Origin: a virus
Taxonomy: Duplodnaviria > Caudoviricetes
Length of the DNA stretch: 54,585 nucleotides
Strand: one strand, 5' to 3'
IMG/VR virus record: IMGVR_UViG_3300042452_000459
Coordinates: 1 to 54,585 of that record
The translations under genes were made by a program, and so were the position numbers. The notes under the pieces are model-generated. The model saw nothing but the letters and a program-made list of their open reading frames with translations, ran no database searches and had not been told where the DNA came from. Positions 1 to 9,129 of the stretch are shown piece by piece; the stretch's first letter is position 1; each line of letters opens with the position of its first letter.

Positions 1-308
1 CTTAATCCATCAACTTGTGATGTTTGAATTTGTGACCCTGGAAGAACTGCTTCTGAGCAAAACAACGCTAAGTAATTTCCTGGATTTTCTGTCGATCTAG
101 CATCGTAAAATCCATGCTGATTAATAAATCCCAATAAACTATTACCACTGTCAGTTGTGGTACTACCAAAATCTATCCACACATCATAAAGATTATTAAA
201 TGCAGGAACAATACCAGATCCAGTTTTACTTATACTAGACCTATAAAGTTCTGATGTAGGAAGGTAAATCCTATTTCTAGTTGCTTCTAAATTACTTTCT
301 CTAGTCAT
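1..308 (-). CDS. Baseplate/tail-tube initiator-like protein (gp54/gp19-like), N-terminal part; runs off window
   Basis: Hand-translated, not in ORF track: ATG at 308, MTRESNLEATRNRIYLP...LALFCSEAVLPGSQIQTSQVDGL; divergent from gp4 as in T4-like cyanophages. Confidence 0.6.
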   Translation of the reverse strand, partial: MTRESNLEATRNRIYLPTSELYRSSISKTGSGIVPAFNNLYDVWIDFGSTTTDSGNSLLGFINQHGFYDARSTENPGNYLALFCSEAVLPGSQIQTSQVDGL

Positions 309-315
309 CTAAATA
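309..315 (+). promoter_or_regulatory. T4-type late promoter variant (CTAAATA) for the gp4-gp53 operon
   Basis: CTAAATA ~20 nt upstream of the gp4 ATG. Confidence 0.55.
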
Positions 316-336
316 GAAGACGTTTATATACTATGT

Positions 337-771
337 ATGAGTTATAAGGGAAAGTTTCGACCTTCCAATCCTAAAAAATACAAAGGCGATCCCACAAATA
401 TCATTTATAGATCTTTATGGGAACTAAAATTTATGAATTATTGTGATAAAAATGAAAATATTTTAATTTGGTCATCGGAAGAACTTTGGATACCTTATAA
501 ATCTCCAGTTGATAATCGATATCATAAGTATTTTCCAGACTTTTATATCAAATACAAAAATACGTCTGGGAAAATTGTAGAAAGTTTGATTGAAATAAAA
601 CCAGCAAAGCAAGTAAAAGGTCCTACACCACAAAAGAGCAAGTCAAAAAAATATATTAGTGAAGTTGTTGAATACGCTAAAAATATGGCAAAGTGGGAAG
701 CAGCAAAAGAATACTGTGATGATAGAAAATGGGAATTTAAAATTCTAACGGAGCACGATCTTGGAGTATAA
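337..771 (+). CDS. gp4: Head completion protein (TnsA-like endonuclease fold)
   Basis: YKGKFRPSNPKKYKGDPTNIIYRSLWE, YFPDF, EIKP and KWEAAKEYC motifs; synteny. Confidence 0.93.
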   Translation: MSYKGKFRPSNPKKYKGDPTNIIYRSLWELKFMNYCDKNENILIWSSEELWIPYKSPVDNRYHKYFPDFYIKYKNTSGKIVESLIEIKPAKQVKGPTPQKSKSKKYISEVVEYAKNMAKWEAAKEYCDDRKWEFKILTEHDLGV

Positions 772-1186
772 GTCTCAATTTCCAAAATCAAAAATTACAA
801 GTATTCCTGAAGTGGGACATTTAGTTCTATTTCGCTATCGAGCACTAACAGCAGAAAAAAGATTTTATGATAAAAATCCACTTTGCTTCATTGTTCTCAA
901 TTCAAATGAAGTTTTTTATGGAATGAATTTACATTACTATCCACGAAATCAAAGAATGGATGTAGTAAATATGCTTCAAGAAGCTCAATCTAGTGGTGTG
1001 CAGAATTGGGAAGAATTTTTATTTGGCAGCACTGGGTTCCATAAATACTTGAAATCGGAAGTAGAAAGTAACTTCATAGATATAGCAATGGAAGAATGGC
1101 AATCTGCATCACTATTGTCTGCGGAAGAATTTGTTAGAAGTTTTCGTGGTGCAGAAGTTCCAGTCGATCCTAGGAGTTTAAGATAA
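761..1186 (+). CDS. gp2: DNA end protector-like protein
   Basis: G-x-L-x-x-F-x-Y, YDKNPL and GMNLHY motifs; follows gp4. Confidence 0.7.
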   Translation: MEYKSQFPKSKITSIPEVGHLVLFRYRALTAEKRFYDKNPLCFIVLNSNEVFYGMNLHYYPRNQRMDVVNMLQEAQSSGVQNWEEFLFGSTGFHKYLKSEVESNFIDIAMEEWQSASLLSAEEFVRSFRGAEVPVDPRSLR

Positions 1187-2697
1187 TGGCACTCAAAAAT
1201 ATGCCAAAACCTGTAGGTGGAGGAGCATTAGGATATTTCGATACCACATATGACGGCAAAACGTATAGAGTTGCTTATAGCACGGATATTGCAAATAACA
1301 CGTTTTTAAAGCCTGTAAAAGTTCAAAACATTACAAATGATGTACCTGTAAGGACAGACAGCCAAGAATATAAAGATTTGTCTAAAAATCCAAACTTTGA
1401 TGTAGATTTCCAAGCATCAGTTTCTAGATTAAAGCAAGTTGTTCAAAAAACAAAACCAAACCTTCTGCCAGAAATGGCTCAAGCAGCAGCGACTGCAGGC
1501 ACAAACAATTATTATGCTCCAATTAAACCAGCAACAGGATCACAAGGAACTGCACCAGCAACAAATCCAAATTTGACAGACAATGTTCCTACACCAGTTC
1601 CTATTGCTGGACAAAATATAACTCTTGATCCAAAGTTGGTAAAGGAAATTTTAAGTAGTTCTGAAAAAACAATTCAATCTTTAAATCCTGCAGGTAAAGC
1701 AGAACCAGTAATTATACAATATCCAGAAGATGCACATTATAATAACACTCAAGATCATGTATTAATAGAGCAATTTACGTATAGAGCTCCTCAAGAAAAG
1801 CTTTTTGTTACGGGGCAAAATCAATTTACTTCAAATTTTGCAGATATTATAACTGGAGGATTAACTAGAAATTCAAATCTTAGAGATTTCATAGGAGTGG
1901 TGAAATTGCCAATACCAAATCAATTAGCGATCTCAAATGGTGTAAGTTGGGGTGAAGATCGTGCCAATCCTGTAGAAGCTGCTGCATTCTTTGGTGCTCT
2001 TCCACTTGCACAGCAGGCAATAGGCGGAAACATTGGGGGGATATTGAGTGGTGCTTTTGGTGGATTTGGGCAATTCCTTGACCAATTTAAGTTAGGAAAC
2101 TTTAATGCAAACACACCCGCTGGATTACTATTATCTTCATTCATTGCACAATATGCTTTAGGTAAAATTGGTATCAATGTAGATCCTGCACAATTCATTG
2201 CACGAGGAACTGGAACAACAATAAACCCAAATCTTGAACTCCTATTTAATGGTCCCAAATTAAGATCTTTCTCGTTTACCTTTGAATTTGCTCCAAATAG
2301 CAGCGATGATGCTACAGCAGCTAGACGAGTAATGAGATTTTTTAGGCAGGGGATGGCAGCAAAACGATTTGAAACTACTACAATCCTAATAGGATCACCA
2401 AATGTTTTCAGAATTTCATATAAAGGAACTGGTGATAAAAATATAAAGGGATTAAATAGATTTAAAATATGTGCTTTGACTGCGTGTGAATTAAATTATA
2501 CCCCAGAAGGTGTTTATCAGTCATATGAAGATGCAGATGCAGTATCAATGCCAGTCAGAACAAATATGACACTATCATTCACAGAATTAACTCCAATCTT
2601 TGAACAAGATTACTTCAAAGATGATGATCCTAGCGTCCAAGATGCTTTGGGTGGAGTTGCTGGTGATAAAATTGTATTTGATGAAATAGGTTTCTAA
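1186..2697 (+). CDS. gp48: Baseplate tail-tube cap
   Basis: INPNLELLFNGPKLRSFSFTFEFAP and LSFTELTPI motifs; precedes gp53. Confidence 0.88.
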   Translation: MALKNMPKPVGGGALGYFDTTYDGKTYRVAYSTDIANNTFLKPVKVQNITNDVPVRTDSQEYKDLSKNPNFDVDFQASVSRLKQVVQKTKPNLLPEMAQAAATAGTNNYYAPIKPATGSQGTAPATNPNLTDNVPTPVPIAGQNITLDPKLVKEILSSSEKTIQSLNPAGKAEPVIIQYPEDAHYNNTQDHVLIEQFTYRAPQEKLFVTGQNQFTSNFADIITGGLTRNSNLRDFIGVVKLPIPNQLAISNGVSWGEDRANPVEAAAFFGALPLAQQAIGGNIGGILSGAFGGFGQFLDQFKLGNFNANTPAGLLLSSFIAQYALGKIGINVDPAQFIARGTGTTINPNLELLFNGPKLRSFSFTFEFAPNSSDDATAARRVMRFFRQGMAAKRFETTTILIGSPNVFRISYKGTGDKNIKGLNRFKICALTACELNYTPEGVYQSYEDADAVSMPVRTNMTLSFTELTPIFEQDYFKDDDPSVQDALGGVAGDKIVFDEIGF

Positions 2698-2698
2698 A

Positions 2699-3364
2699 AT
2701 GTCATATTTCGATCTTTTCCCAGACCTATTGCTACCATCATTCACGGACAATCGTAATTCCAGTTACGATTATGTTCGTGTGAAAAATCTATTCAAGCGT
2801 GCTAAAATTAGGGATGATTTTTTCCAAAATGCTGTAGTTTTTGACAAATACTCTATAGTTGGTGATAATCGTCCAGATAATGTAGCACAAACATTATACA
2901 ACAACCCTCAATTAGACTGGATTGTTCTTATTTCTAACAATATCATTAATGTTAGGGAAGAATGGCCAATGTCACAAGCAGATTTGAACAATTATTTGAT
3001 GAATAAGTATGGTTCTGAACTTTTGCAAGAAATTCATCATTATGAGACAAAAGAAGTTCGTGACAGTGAAGGAAATCTTCTCTTGCAAGCAGGATTAACT
3101 GTTGATGCAAATTTCCAATTCAAATATTCTAATTTCGGCACTTATAAAGTGCTTTCTGGTGCAAGTATTGTAACTTCAGTCAGTAATTACGATTACGAAG
3201 TTTTGAAAAATGATGAAAAACGCACAATTTACGTTTTAAGGCAAAATTACATTCAAACCGTAATTGACGATATGCGTGAAATCATGACTTATACCGATAG
3301 TTCTCAATATATTGATAGACGCACTAAAAAGGGAGCTAACTTGAGGATTTTATCCCCACGTTAA
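2699..3364 (+). CDS. gp53: Baseplate wedge subunit
   Basis: VKNLFKR, RPDNVAQTLY, DWIVLISNNI, EWPMS and IHHYET motifs. Confidence 0.92.
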   Translation: MSYFDLFPDLLLPSFTDNRNSSYDYVRVKNLFKRAKIRDDFFQNAVVFDKYSIVGDNRPDNVAQTLYNNPQLDWIVLISNNIINVREEWPMSQADLNNYLMNKYGSELLQEIHHYETKEVRDSEGNLLLQAGLTVDANFQFKYSNFGTYKVLSGASIVTSVSNYDYEVLKNDEKRTIYVLRQNYIQTVIDDMREIMTYTDSSQYIDRRTKKGANLRILSPR

Positions 3365-3408
3365 CTCCCAAAAAACCTATTTTGCAATTTTTTGGCGGAA
3401 TTTTTTCC

Positions 3409-3434
3409 TCGACTTTTTTGGAATTAAAAGTCGA
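3409..3434. terminator. Hairpin between convergent gp53 and gp32 (possible bidirectional terminator)
   Basis: TCGACTTTT-N8-AAAAGTCGA inverted repeat flanked by T/A tracts. Confidence 0.45.
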
Positions 3435-3442
3435 TTTTGAAA

Positions 3443-4357
3443 TCACTCCTCGGCAAGTCGCTGGAAGTATGACAGTGCATCATCGTCATCATCATCTGCT
3501 GCAGGAGCAGGAGAAGACTTCACAACACGCTCTTCTTCCTTGATCTGTTGACGAGACTTCATTACAACCTCTTCTTCCTCATCGAACGTATCAGGATCAA
3601 CACGACGACTAGAAGCGTTAGGATTTAGAACACTGTTCATACGCTTCTCCAGTTCTTCGTAAGACTTGAACTGATCAGGACGAGTAAACTCCTCAAGAGA
3701 ATACTGTTTCTTCCAGATTGCTTCCAGTGCATCATCATCATCCAGAAGCGGTTCAGGAGATGCAAACTCAGAACTGTCGTAGTTACGATAACCAGCAACG
3801 TTCTTGATCTTCATCTTGAAGTTAGCACCTTGCCAGAAGTCAAACGGATCAATCGCTTGCTCATCTTCATATTCAGGTTGCATGGCAGCAGTAATCTTAT
3901 CAAAGATTTTCTTGCCAAACTTGAACAGAAAGACTTTACCTTCGTTCTGAGGATTAGCAGGATCCTTTACAATATAGATGTTACTGATGTAAGTCAGTTT
4001 ACGCTTCTGCTTACGTGCTTGCTCTTTATCTACTTCACTACCACTGTTCCAGAGAATGCGATTGTGCTCCGAAACAGGATCTTTACCACCAAGCGTGGTC
4101 AGACTGTTCTCAATATACCAACCTCCAGGACCTTGGAAAGCATGAGACCACACTTTTGCCCAAGGCAACTCTTCACCTTGCGGTGCAGGTAGAAAACGGA
4201 TCACTGCATAACCGTTTCCTGCTTTATCTACTTCTGGTTTCCATACACGATCATCAGCACCGCCCGTGGTGCTCTTATTCATTTTTTCGATCTCTGTTGT
4301 CAGTTTAGAAGTCAAACTGCCAAGGCGAGACTGTTTCTTTAGATCTGCGAAAGACAT
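3443..4357 (-). CDS. gp32: Single-stranded DNA-binding protein
   Basis: DKAGNGYAVIRFLP, HAFQGPGGWYIENSLTT, acidic C-terminus ending DALSYFQRLAEE. Confidence 0.97.
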   Translation of the reverse strand: MSFADLKKQSRLGSLTSKLTTEIEKMNKSTTGGADDRVWKPEVDKAGNGYAVIRFLPAPQGEELPWAKVWSHAFQGPGGWYIENSLTTLGGKDPVSEHNRILWNSGSEVDKEQARKQKRKLTYISNIYIVKDPANPQNEGKVFLFKFGKKIFDKITAAMQPEYEDEQAIDPFDFWQGANFKMKIKNVAGYRNYDSSEFASPEPLLDDDDALEAIWKKQYSLEEFTRPDQFKSYEELEKRMNSVLNPNASSRRVDPDTFDEEEEVVMKSRQQIKEEERVVKSSPAPAADDDDDDALSYFQRLAEE

Positions 4358-4404
4358 AGGATTTTTGTATTCGTTGGATTGGGTGGATTGAAATCACCTG
4401 TCAC

Positions 4405-4433
4405 ATCATAACACGTTATTTAGGGTGTGTCAA
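4405..4433 (-). promoter_or_regulatory. Sigma70-type promoter with embedded late promoter, upstream of gp32
   Basis: TTGACA-17nt-TATGAT; CTAAATA (4417-4423) within the spacer. Confidence 0.75.
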
Positions 4434-4752
4434 GACGTTTTTGTAATCCTTCAAGAGTTCTTCTCATATTATTAAAGATGATTGACATATCAACATCTTT
4501 AAATCCCATTGCTGCTGATGTGATCTTAATTTTTTCTTTCATTTCTAACGCTTCTGGATCATCAGACAATGAAAGTCTTGTCCACATTACTTCTTGTTTA
4601 TCTAAAAGAGTTTTTAGTTTTTCAATATGTTCGTTCTTTTCTTTATCACTAAATGAACTGAACTGAATGATGACTTCGTATAATTCTTTTTGAATTCTAA
4701 AGATGTCTTCCATCTCTTCACGGATAATCTCAGACTGAAAAAACTTACCCAT
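4420..4752 (-). CDS. Conserved cyanophage protein (DUF1825-like)
   Basis: FFQSEIIREE and RLSLSDDPEA motifs; between gp59 and gp32. Confidence 0.7.
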   Translation of the reverse strand: MGKFFQSEIIREEMEDIFRIQKELYEVIIQFSSFSDKEKNEHIEKLKTLLDKQEVMWTRLSLSDDPEALEMKEKIKITSAAMGFKDVDMSIIFNNMRRTLEGLQKRLDTP

Positions 4753-5347
4753 GCGTCTTCTCCGTTAATCTTTCCCTCAAATATTGTTTATATTTGCTGG
4801 TATCAATATTTAGAAACGGTGCATACTTCTTTAGTTTCAAGCTGATCGCTTCCCAAATTGGGTCAGTAAGTTTCTTGTCCAGATTATTCCCAAAGAGGAA
4901 TATTTTATCAAAGATAGTAAGAGTTTCTATACTAATATTCCCGCTCAGGAAATTTTTTAAAATTGGTGGATGTTGTTTTGAAGTATCAAACAATTCCTCT
5001 AGGCTGTATTCAGACAACATATCCTCCGCTTGCTGCTTGAACTGGTAGAACAAACTTTGTTGCCGTCTTTGCCAAGATGAATAAACACTTTCACCAGACC
5101 GAATAATTTCACCAATCCACAATGCATCTGGATTATCACATGCTACAAAATTAGCAACAAAGAATGCTTTAATTTCATCATCATTATACTTCCTTGACAT
5201 TTTTTCAAAGAAGTATCTGTCTTTTCTCTTATAAAAAGAATTCAAACTTGCTCTAGACTTACCAGCATATCTAAAGTAATCGTAATTTTTTCTTGTGAAA
5301 TGCTGTTTAAATGCAAGATACTGTTTGTAAGTATCAAACGGGTTCAT
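4745..5347 (-). CDS. gp59: Loader of DNA helicase
   Basis: YLAFKQHFT, YDYFRY and FYKRKDRYFFEK motifs; likely start MNPFDTY at 5347. Confidence 0.9.
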   Translation of the reverse strand: MNPFDTYKQYLAFKQHFTRKNYDYFRYAGKSRASLNSFYKRKDRYFFEKMSRKYNDDEIKAFFVANFVACDNPDALWIGEIIRSGESVYSSWQRRQQSLFYQFKQQAEDMLSEYSLEELFDTSKQHPPILKNFLSGNISIETLTIFDKIFLFGNNLDKKLTDPIWEAISLKLKKYAPFLNIDTSKYKQYLRERLTEKTHG

Positions 5348-6365
5348 AATTTTTGGGATTGAACATTTCAACTGTCTTCTTCTGTCCCTTTAACTGTATT
5401 TTAGCAGCATATTCAACTTTTGGTCTGCTTGGACACATGTTACAAATCCAACCTGGTTCTACAACTTCCTTAAAAGAATTTCTAAGTGCTTCATCAGTAT
5501 CATTAATGCTAGTTGGATTATAACCAAGATACTTTTGCCACTCTGGATCTTTCAACTGATCTGTAGCTGCTAAAGATTCTCTTAGATATGCTACCATTGG
5601 ACATTTCCATAGGTGTCCATTATAAAGTTGAGCATTAGCACAAGTACAATATTTAAAACTAGAATCTGGATCATTGTCTTCATGAGGATAATATTTTATC
5701 GATCCATCATCATTAAACTGATATTTTACAAGATCAAACCAAACTCTTGGAGTATTATCTGCTTGTAAATATGCTTCACTCAATTCAAAAGTATTGTCAA
5801 TATCAACTCCACGTTCAATCAAATAATGAGTAAACTCATATGCATTTTCCCAGTCTTTTTTTCCTGCTTGAGTATACGAAGGACGATGAAATGTAAGTCT
5901 AAAAATAACACCTTTTAACATTTCATCGGCAATCCATTCTTTCTCTTGAAGAAGTCTAGAACCATTGCTGAATAACTTTACATTACAAGGATGTGATCCA
6001 CGTTCGCCATAGCAAAGTTCTCTGACTATTCTTGTAACTTCTTTTGTCCTTGGTTCTAATAATGGTTCGCCACCAATAATACTAACATGACTCCAAACAT
6101 AAATTTTTGGAAGAATATTTTCAATATCTTTTATTAATTGATCAATATCTACTGAACTTTTTCCTGAAAGTAAACTACTGTTATGATTACAACCTCTACA
6201 AGAAAGATTACAACCATTCATAGTGTGAATACTAAGAAGTCTTGTGGTTGGTCTTTCTTTTTCTAAGGCAGCAATTTGTTCAGGAGTTATTTGTTTAAAA
6301 TTATCTACCCAAAATCCCTTTAGTTTTCTAACATAATCAACCTTTGCCTTCAGTTCGTTATCCAT
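5334..6365 (-). CDS. Radical SAM protein with C-terminal Cys (SPASM/twitch-like) motifs
   Basis: CNLSCRGC, GGEPLL, CTCANAQLYNGHLWKCP, CNMCP. Confidence 0.88.
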   Translation of the reverse strand: MDNELKAKVDYVRKLKGFWVDNFKQITPEQIAALEKERPTTRLLSIHTMNGCNLSCRGCNHNSSLLSGKSSVDIDQLIKDIENILPKIYVWSHVSIIGGEPLLEPRTKEVTRIVRELCYGERGSHPCNVKLFSNGSRLLQEKEWIADEMLKGVIFRLTFHRPSYTQAGKKDWENAYEFTHYLIERGVDIDNTFELSEAYLQADNTPRVWFDLVKYQFNDDGSIKYYPHEDNDPDSSFKYCTCANAQLYNGHLWKCPMVAYLRESLAATDQLKDPEWQKYLGYNPTSINDTDEALRNSFKEVVEPGWICNMCPSRPKVEYAAKIQLKGQKKTVEMFNPKNYEPV

Positions 6366-6628
6366 TAGATAAAAAATTTCGCTTTAGAAGTTCTCTTCAG
6401 ATAATTTAGGTTAGTTGCATTCCACTTTAGTTTTTCTTTTAGTGGTTTTGAGATAAGTTTTACAATAGATTCAATTTCAATATTGTTTTGCTCACAATAA
6501 AAACAAATTGCTTCAATGTAGTTCATATCTTTATTATCTTTCACAATATTCTCAATATCATTAGTAAACTTATCTTGACATAGGAATTTGCTTTTTATGA
6601 TTGATTTGATTTCACTTTTTGTAGTCAT
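6365..6628 (-). CDS. gp33: Late-transcription coactivator
   Basis: YIEAICFYCEQNNIEIE, LISKPLKEKL and LNYLKRTS motifs. Confidence 0.9.
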   Translation of the reverse strand: MTTKSEIKSIIKSKFLCQDKFTNDIENIVKDNKDMNYIEAICFYCEQNNIEIESIVKLISKPLKEKLKWNATNLNYLKRTSKAKFFI

Positions 6629-7295
6629 TTAATTTGTCCTCCACAAATTTTTGAATGTACTTAACTAGTTTTCCCATATACTGTTTCTTATCATACTCTT
6701 CATAAACTTCAACTTCACCGTTTTCACACGTCATAATGATGACAAGTTTCTTTACTGGTATCTCAGTCATTTCATAAAACATACAAGCATACGCTGCTGC
6801 TTGTACGAAATAATTTTCGATCCATTGTTTTGGTTTTGGTTTTTCTGCAGTCTTAAAGTCAATGATTGCAAGTTCTGGAACACCAGTTTCTCCTGTATAT
6901 TCAGCAATACAATCTACTGTTCCTGCTACACCTAGCTCTTTACTGTATAAAGATTTCTCAAGAGCGTAAATATTATTTATGTTACCAAGAATTTTTTTTG
7001 CCTGAGTAAATAGCATCTTTGGTAAAGGATCTGTATCGGGAATATCCTTATTCCAAAGAAAATTTTCTATGCAAGTGTGTACTTTCGTACCACGATCAGT
7101 GGAGCGTTTAGAAATGCGGTTCGCTTCTTCTTCGCCAACTTTCGCTCGCCATTTTACAAAGATATCTTTATTATAATGGGAGGTGACCGAGGTAATAGAT
7201 ACCATCGGTCTACCCTCCACAGTATAATAACGAACTCCATCAATTGTTTCCCGTTTCAGTGCGGGAAACTCAATATCAACGTGTTGAAACATCAA
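6612..7295 (-). CDS. PD-(D/E)XK (Cas4-like) exonuclease
   Basis: SITSV, RGTKVH, AGTVDCIAEY, IIDFKT and YFVQAAAY motifs; adjacent to phoH. Confidence 0.88.
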   Translation of the reverse strand: MMFQHVDIEFPALKRETIDGVRYYTVEGRPMVSITSVTSHYNKDIFVKWRAKVGEEEANRISKRSTDRGTKVHTCIENFLWNKDIPDTDPLPKMLFTQAKKILGNINNIYALEKSLYSKELGVAGTVDCIAEYTGETGVPELAIIDFKTAEKPKPKQWIENYFVQAAAYACMFYEMTEIPVKKLVIIMTCENGEVEVYEEYDKKQYMGKLVKYIQKFVEDKLNDYKK

Positions 7296-8047
7296 AGACC
7301 CAAATTAATTTTGTTTAGAATGTAACTCTTGACAAGTCCAGATCTTACGATATCCTCAACGCCGAATTCGACACTTTCAAATTCAGGCATCGCTTGAATA
7401 ATTTTCATAAAATCTAGAATACCATTTCGTTCATTGGTTTTGATAAGGTCAGACTGCGATGCATCACCACAGAAATGGATCTTACAATTTTCACCAACTC
7501 TAGTAATTATACTATCTAATTCGTGAAAATTCAAGTTCTGACATTCATCGACGATGATAATACAATCATCTAGTGTAGTTCCACGGATGAAACTTGTAGA
7601 CCAGAACTTTACACTTTCTTGTGTCTTAAGATTTCCCCACAGCATTTCAAAGTCATTGTCTGTAGGTAACTCAAACATATACTTTACCATATTCTTGTAA
7701 GGAATTTGGTAAAGTGAAGATTTATCTTCATGATCTCCTGGAAGGAAACCAATTTCTCTTGTAGCAACTAATGATCTTACAACCACAACTCTGTTGTAAG
7801 GTGTCAAAGGATTGAGGACTTCTTTCAACGCAAGGTACATGGTAATAAATGTTTTACCTGTTCCTGCTGCTCCGTAAACAAAAAGATTTTTATCTTCTTT
7901 ATAAGCGTCAAAAACTTTTGTTTGGTTTTCTGTCAAAGGCTCAATATCGACCATCATATCGACATTGAAAGGTTTTTTTCTTTGCATTTGCTTTGCTGAT
8001 AATCCAGCTCCGACTTGGGAAGAAGTTCTTTTTTTCCTTGAGGACAT
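7292..8047 (-). CDS. phoH: PhoH-family ATPase
   Basis: GAAGTGKT Walker A, IGFLPG, FIRGTT, DECQN, GDASQSD and DIVRSGLV motifs. Confidence 0.96.
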   Translation of the reverse strand: MSSRKKRTSSQVGAGLSAKQMQRKKPFNVDMMVDIEPLTENQTKVFDAYKEDKNLFVYGAAGTGKTFITMYLALKEVLNPLTPYNRVVVVRSLVATREIGFLPGDHEDKSSLYQIPYKNMVKYMFELPTDNDFEMLWGNLKTQESVKFWSTSFIRGTTLDDCIIIVDECQNLNFHELDSIITRVGENCKIHFCGDASQSDLIKTNERNGILDFMKIIQAMPEFESVEFGVEDIVRSGLVKSYILNKINLGL

Positions 8048-8048
8048 A

Positions 8049-8300
8049 TTAGAAGTGCGTTGTTTTCTGAGGCTTTACTTTTGAACCAGGCATCTTGCTG
8101 ACTTTGTGAAGGATTTCATTCCATCCCCCATCAGTTCTACTATAAACGTCACCTACGGCACTCACGGCAGAAGCGACACCAGCAGACCAATCTTTATCCC
8201 ATTCGGGATTATCTTTTCTCCACTGATCATAATCAGCGACAGACATAACAAGTTCCTGTGTTTCCCCAGTTTCTAAATGTTTAACAGGATAAATGGGCAT
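8049..8300 (-). CDS. Conserved T4-like cyanophage small protein (FmdB-like)
   Basis: Likely start MPIYPVKHLETGE at 8300; GWNEILHKVSKMPGS; usual position upstream of phoH; AATAAATA late motif at ~8320. Confidence 0.7.
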   Translation of the reverse strand: MPIYPVKHLETGETQELVMSVADYDQWRKDNPEWDKDWSAGVASAVSAVGDVYSRTDGGWNEILHKVSKMPGSKVKPQKTTHF

Positions 8301-8322
8301 AGTTATTTCAATTCGTAAATAT

Positions 8323-9129
8323 TTATTGGGTTGTAATAATTTTTTTATGGTTGTTAATTTGTAATGCTGCACTAAACTTTAACGGTCTAGCAGTACACAT
8401 GTTACATATTTGTTCTGGTTTACTAGAGTTATCACAGAATTTTACCAGATCTTCATCACTACAGTCAACTGGTAGTCCATCTCCAAGAAAAGGTTTCCAA
8501 CAGTCATCCTCTAGTTGTTCAGTGACATAAAGAAGTTCCTTTAAGAATGCTGCATTAGGGCATTTCCAAAGTTTGCCGTTGTATAATTGTGTATTGGAGC
8601 AAGAACACATCTCAAAACTTTGTTTGATATTATTGTGCCCATATGGATAAACTTTTCCATTGCTCTGTTTAATAGAATTAAACCAACGATCTTTTCCATC
8701 ATGATGTTCTGTAACAAGAACCTTAGAACTTTTTACCTTATTGATATTATCAATAACTTCTGGAGTATGAACACTAACCCGTAGAGACATTCCAGGATAT
8801 TTTTCTAAATCTTCTTCAATCCATTTTCTATTTTCTTCATTAAGAAGAATACCATTAGTGTAAAGATACACTGTCTCTTTGTGCTCTAGACAAGCGTGTA
8901 AGATGTCTCTACAACGTGGATTGAGTAAAGGTTCCCCACCAATAACTGAGACACGTTCTACATCTATCCTAGGTAAAATTACATGGATATCTTCGATAAG
9001 TTTATCCGTATCTAATTTGCTTCCAGGAGCAAAGTAATTGCTAAAGTGATTACATCCTTTACAACTTAAATTGCAACCAATCGTTGCGCTAACATCAAGA
9101 ATTTTTAATTTTGGGATTGTGATAGGCAA
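8323..9129 (-). CDS. Radical SAM protein, paralog of 5334..6365
   Basis: CNLSCKGC, GGEPLL, CSCSNTQLYNGKLWKCP, CNMC. Confidence 0.88.
   Translation of the reverse strand: MPITIPKLKILDVSATIGCNLSCKGCNHFSNYFAPGSKLDTDKLIEDIHVILPRIDVERVSVIGGEPLLNPRCRDILHACLEHKETVYLYTNGILLNEENRKWIEEDLEKYPGMSLRVSVHTPEVIDNINKVKSSKVLVTEHHDGKDRWFNSIKQSNGKVYPYGHNNIKQSFEMCSCSNTQLYNGKLWKCPNAAFLKELLYVTEQLEDDCWKPFLGDGLPVDCSDEDLVKFCDNSSKPEQICNMCTARPLKFSAALQINNHKKIITTQ

Noticed and set aside
337-771. TnsA-like fold suggesting a transposon
   Set aside because: Motifs and synteny identify gp4; no transposon ends or other tns genes
6612-7295. Cas4-like nuclease suggesting CRISPR-Cas
   Set aside because: No repeat-spacer array or other cas genes; this is a standard core exonuclease beside phoH
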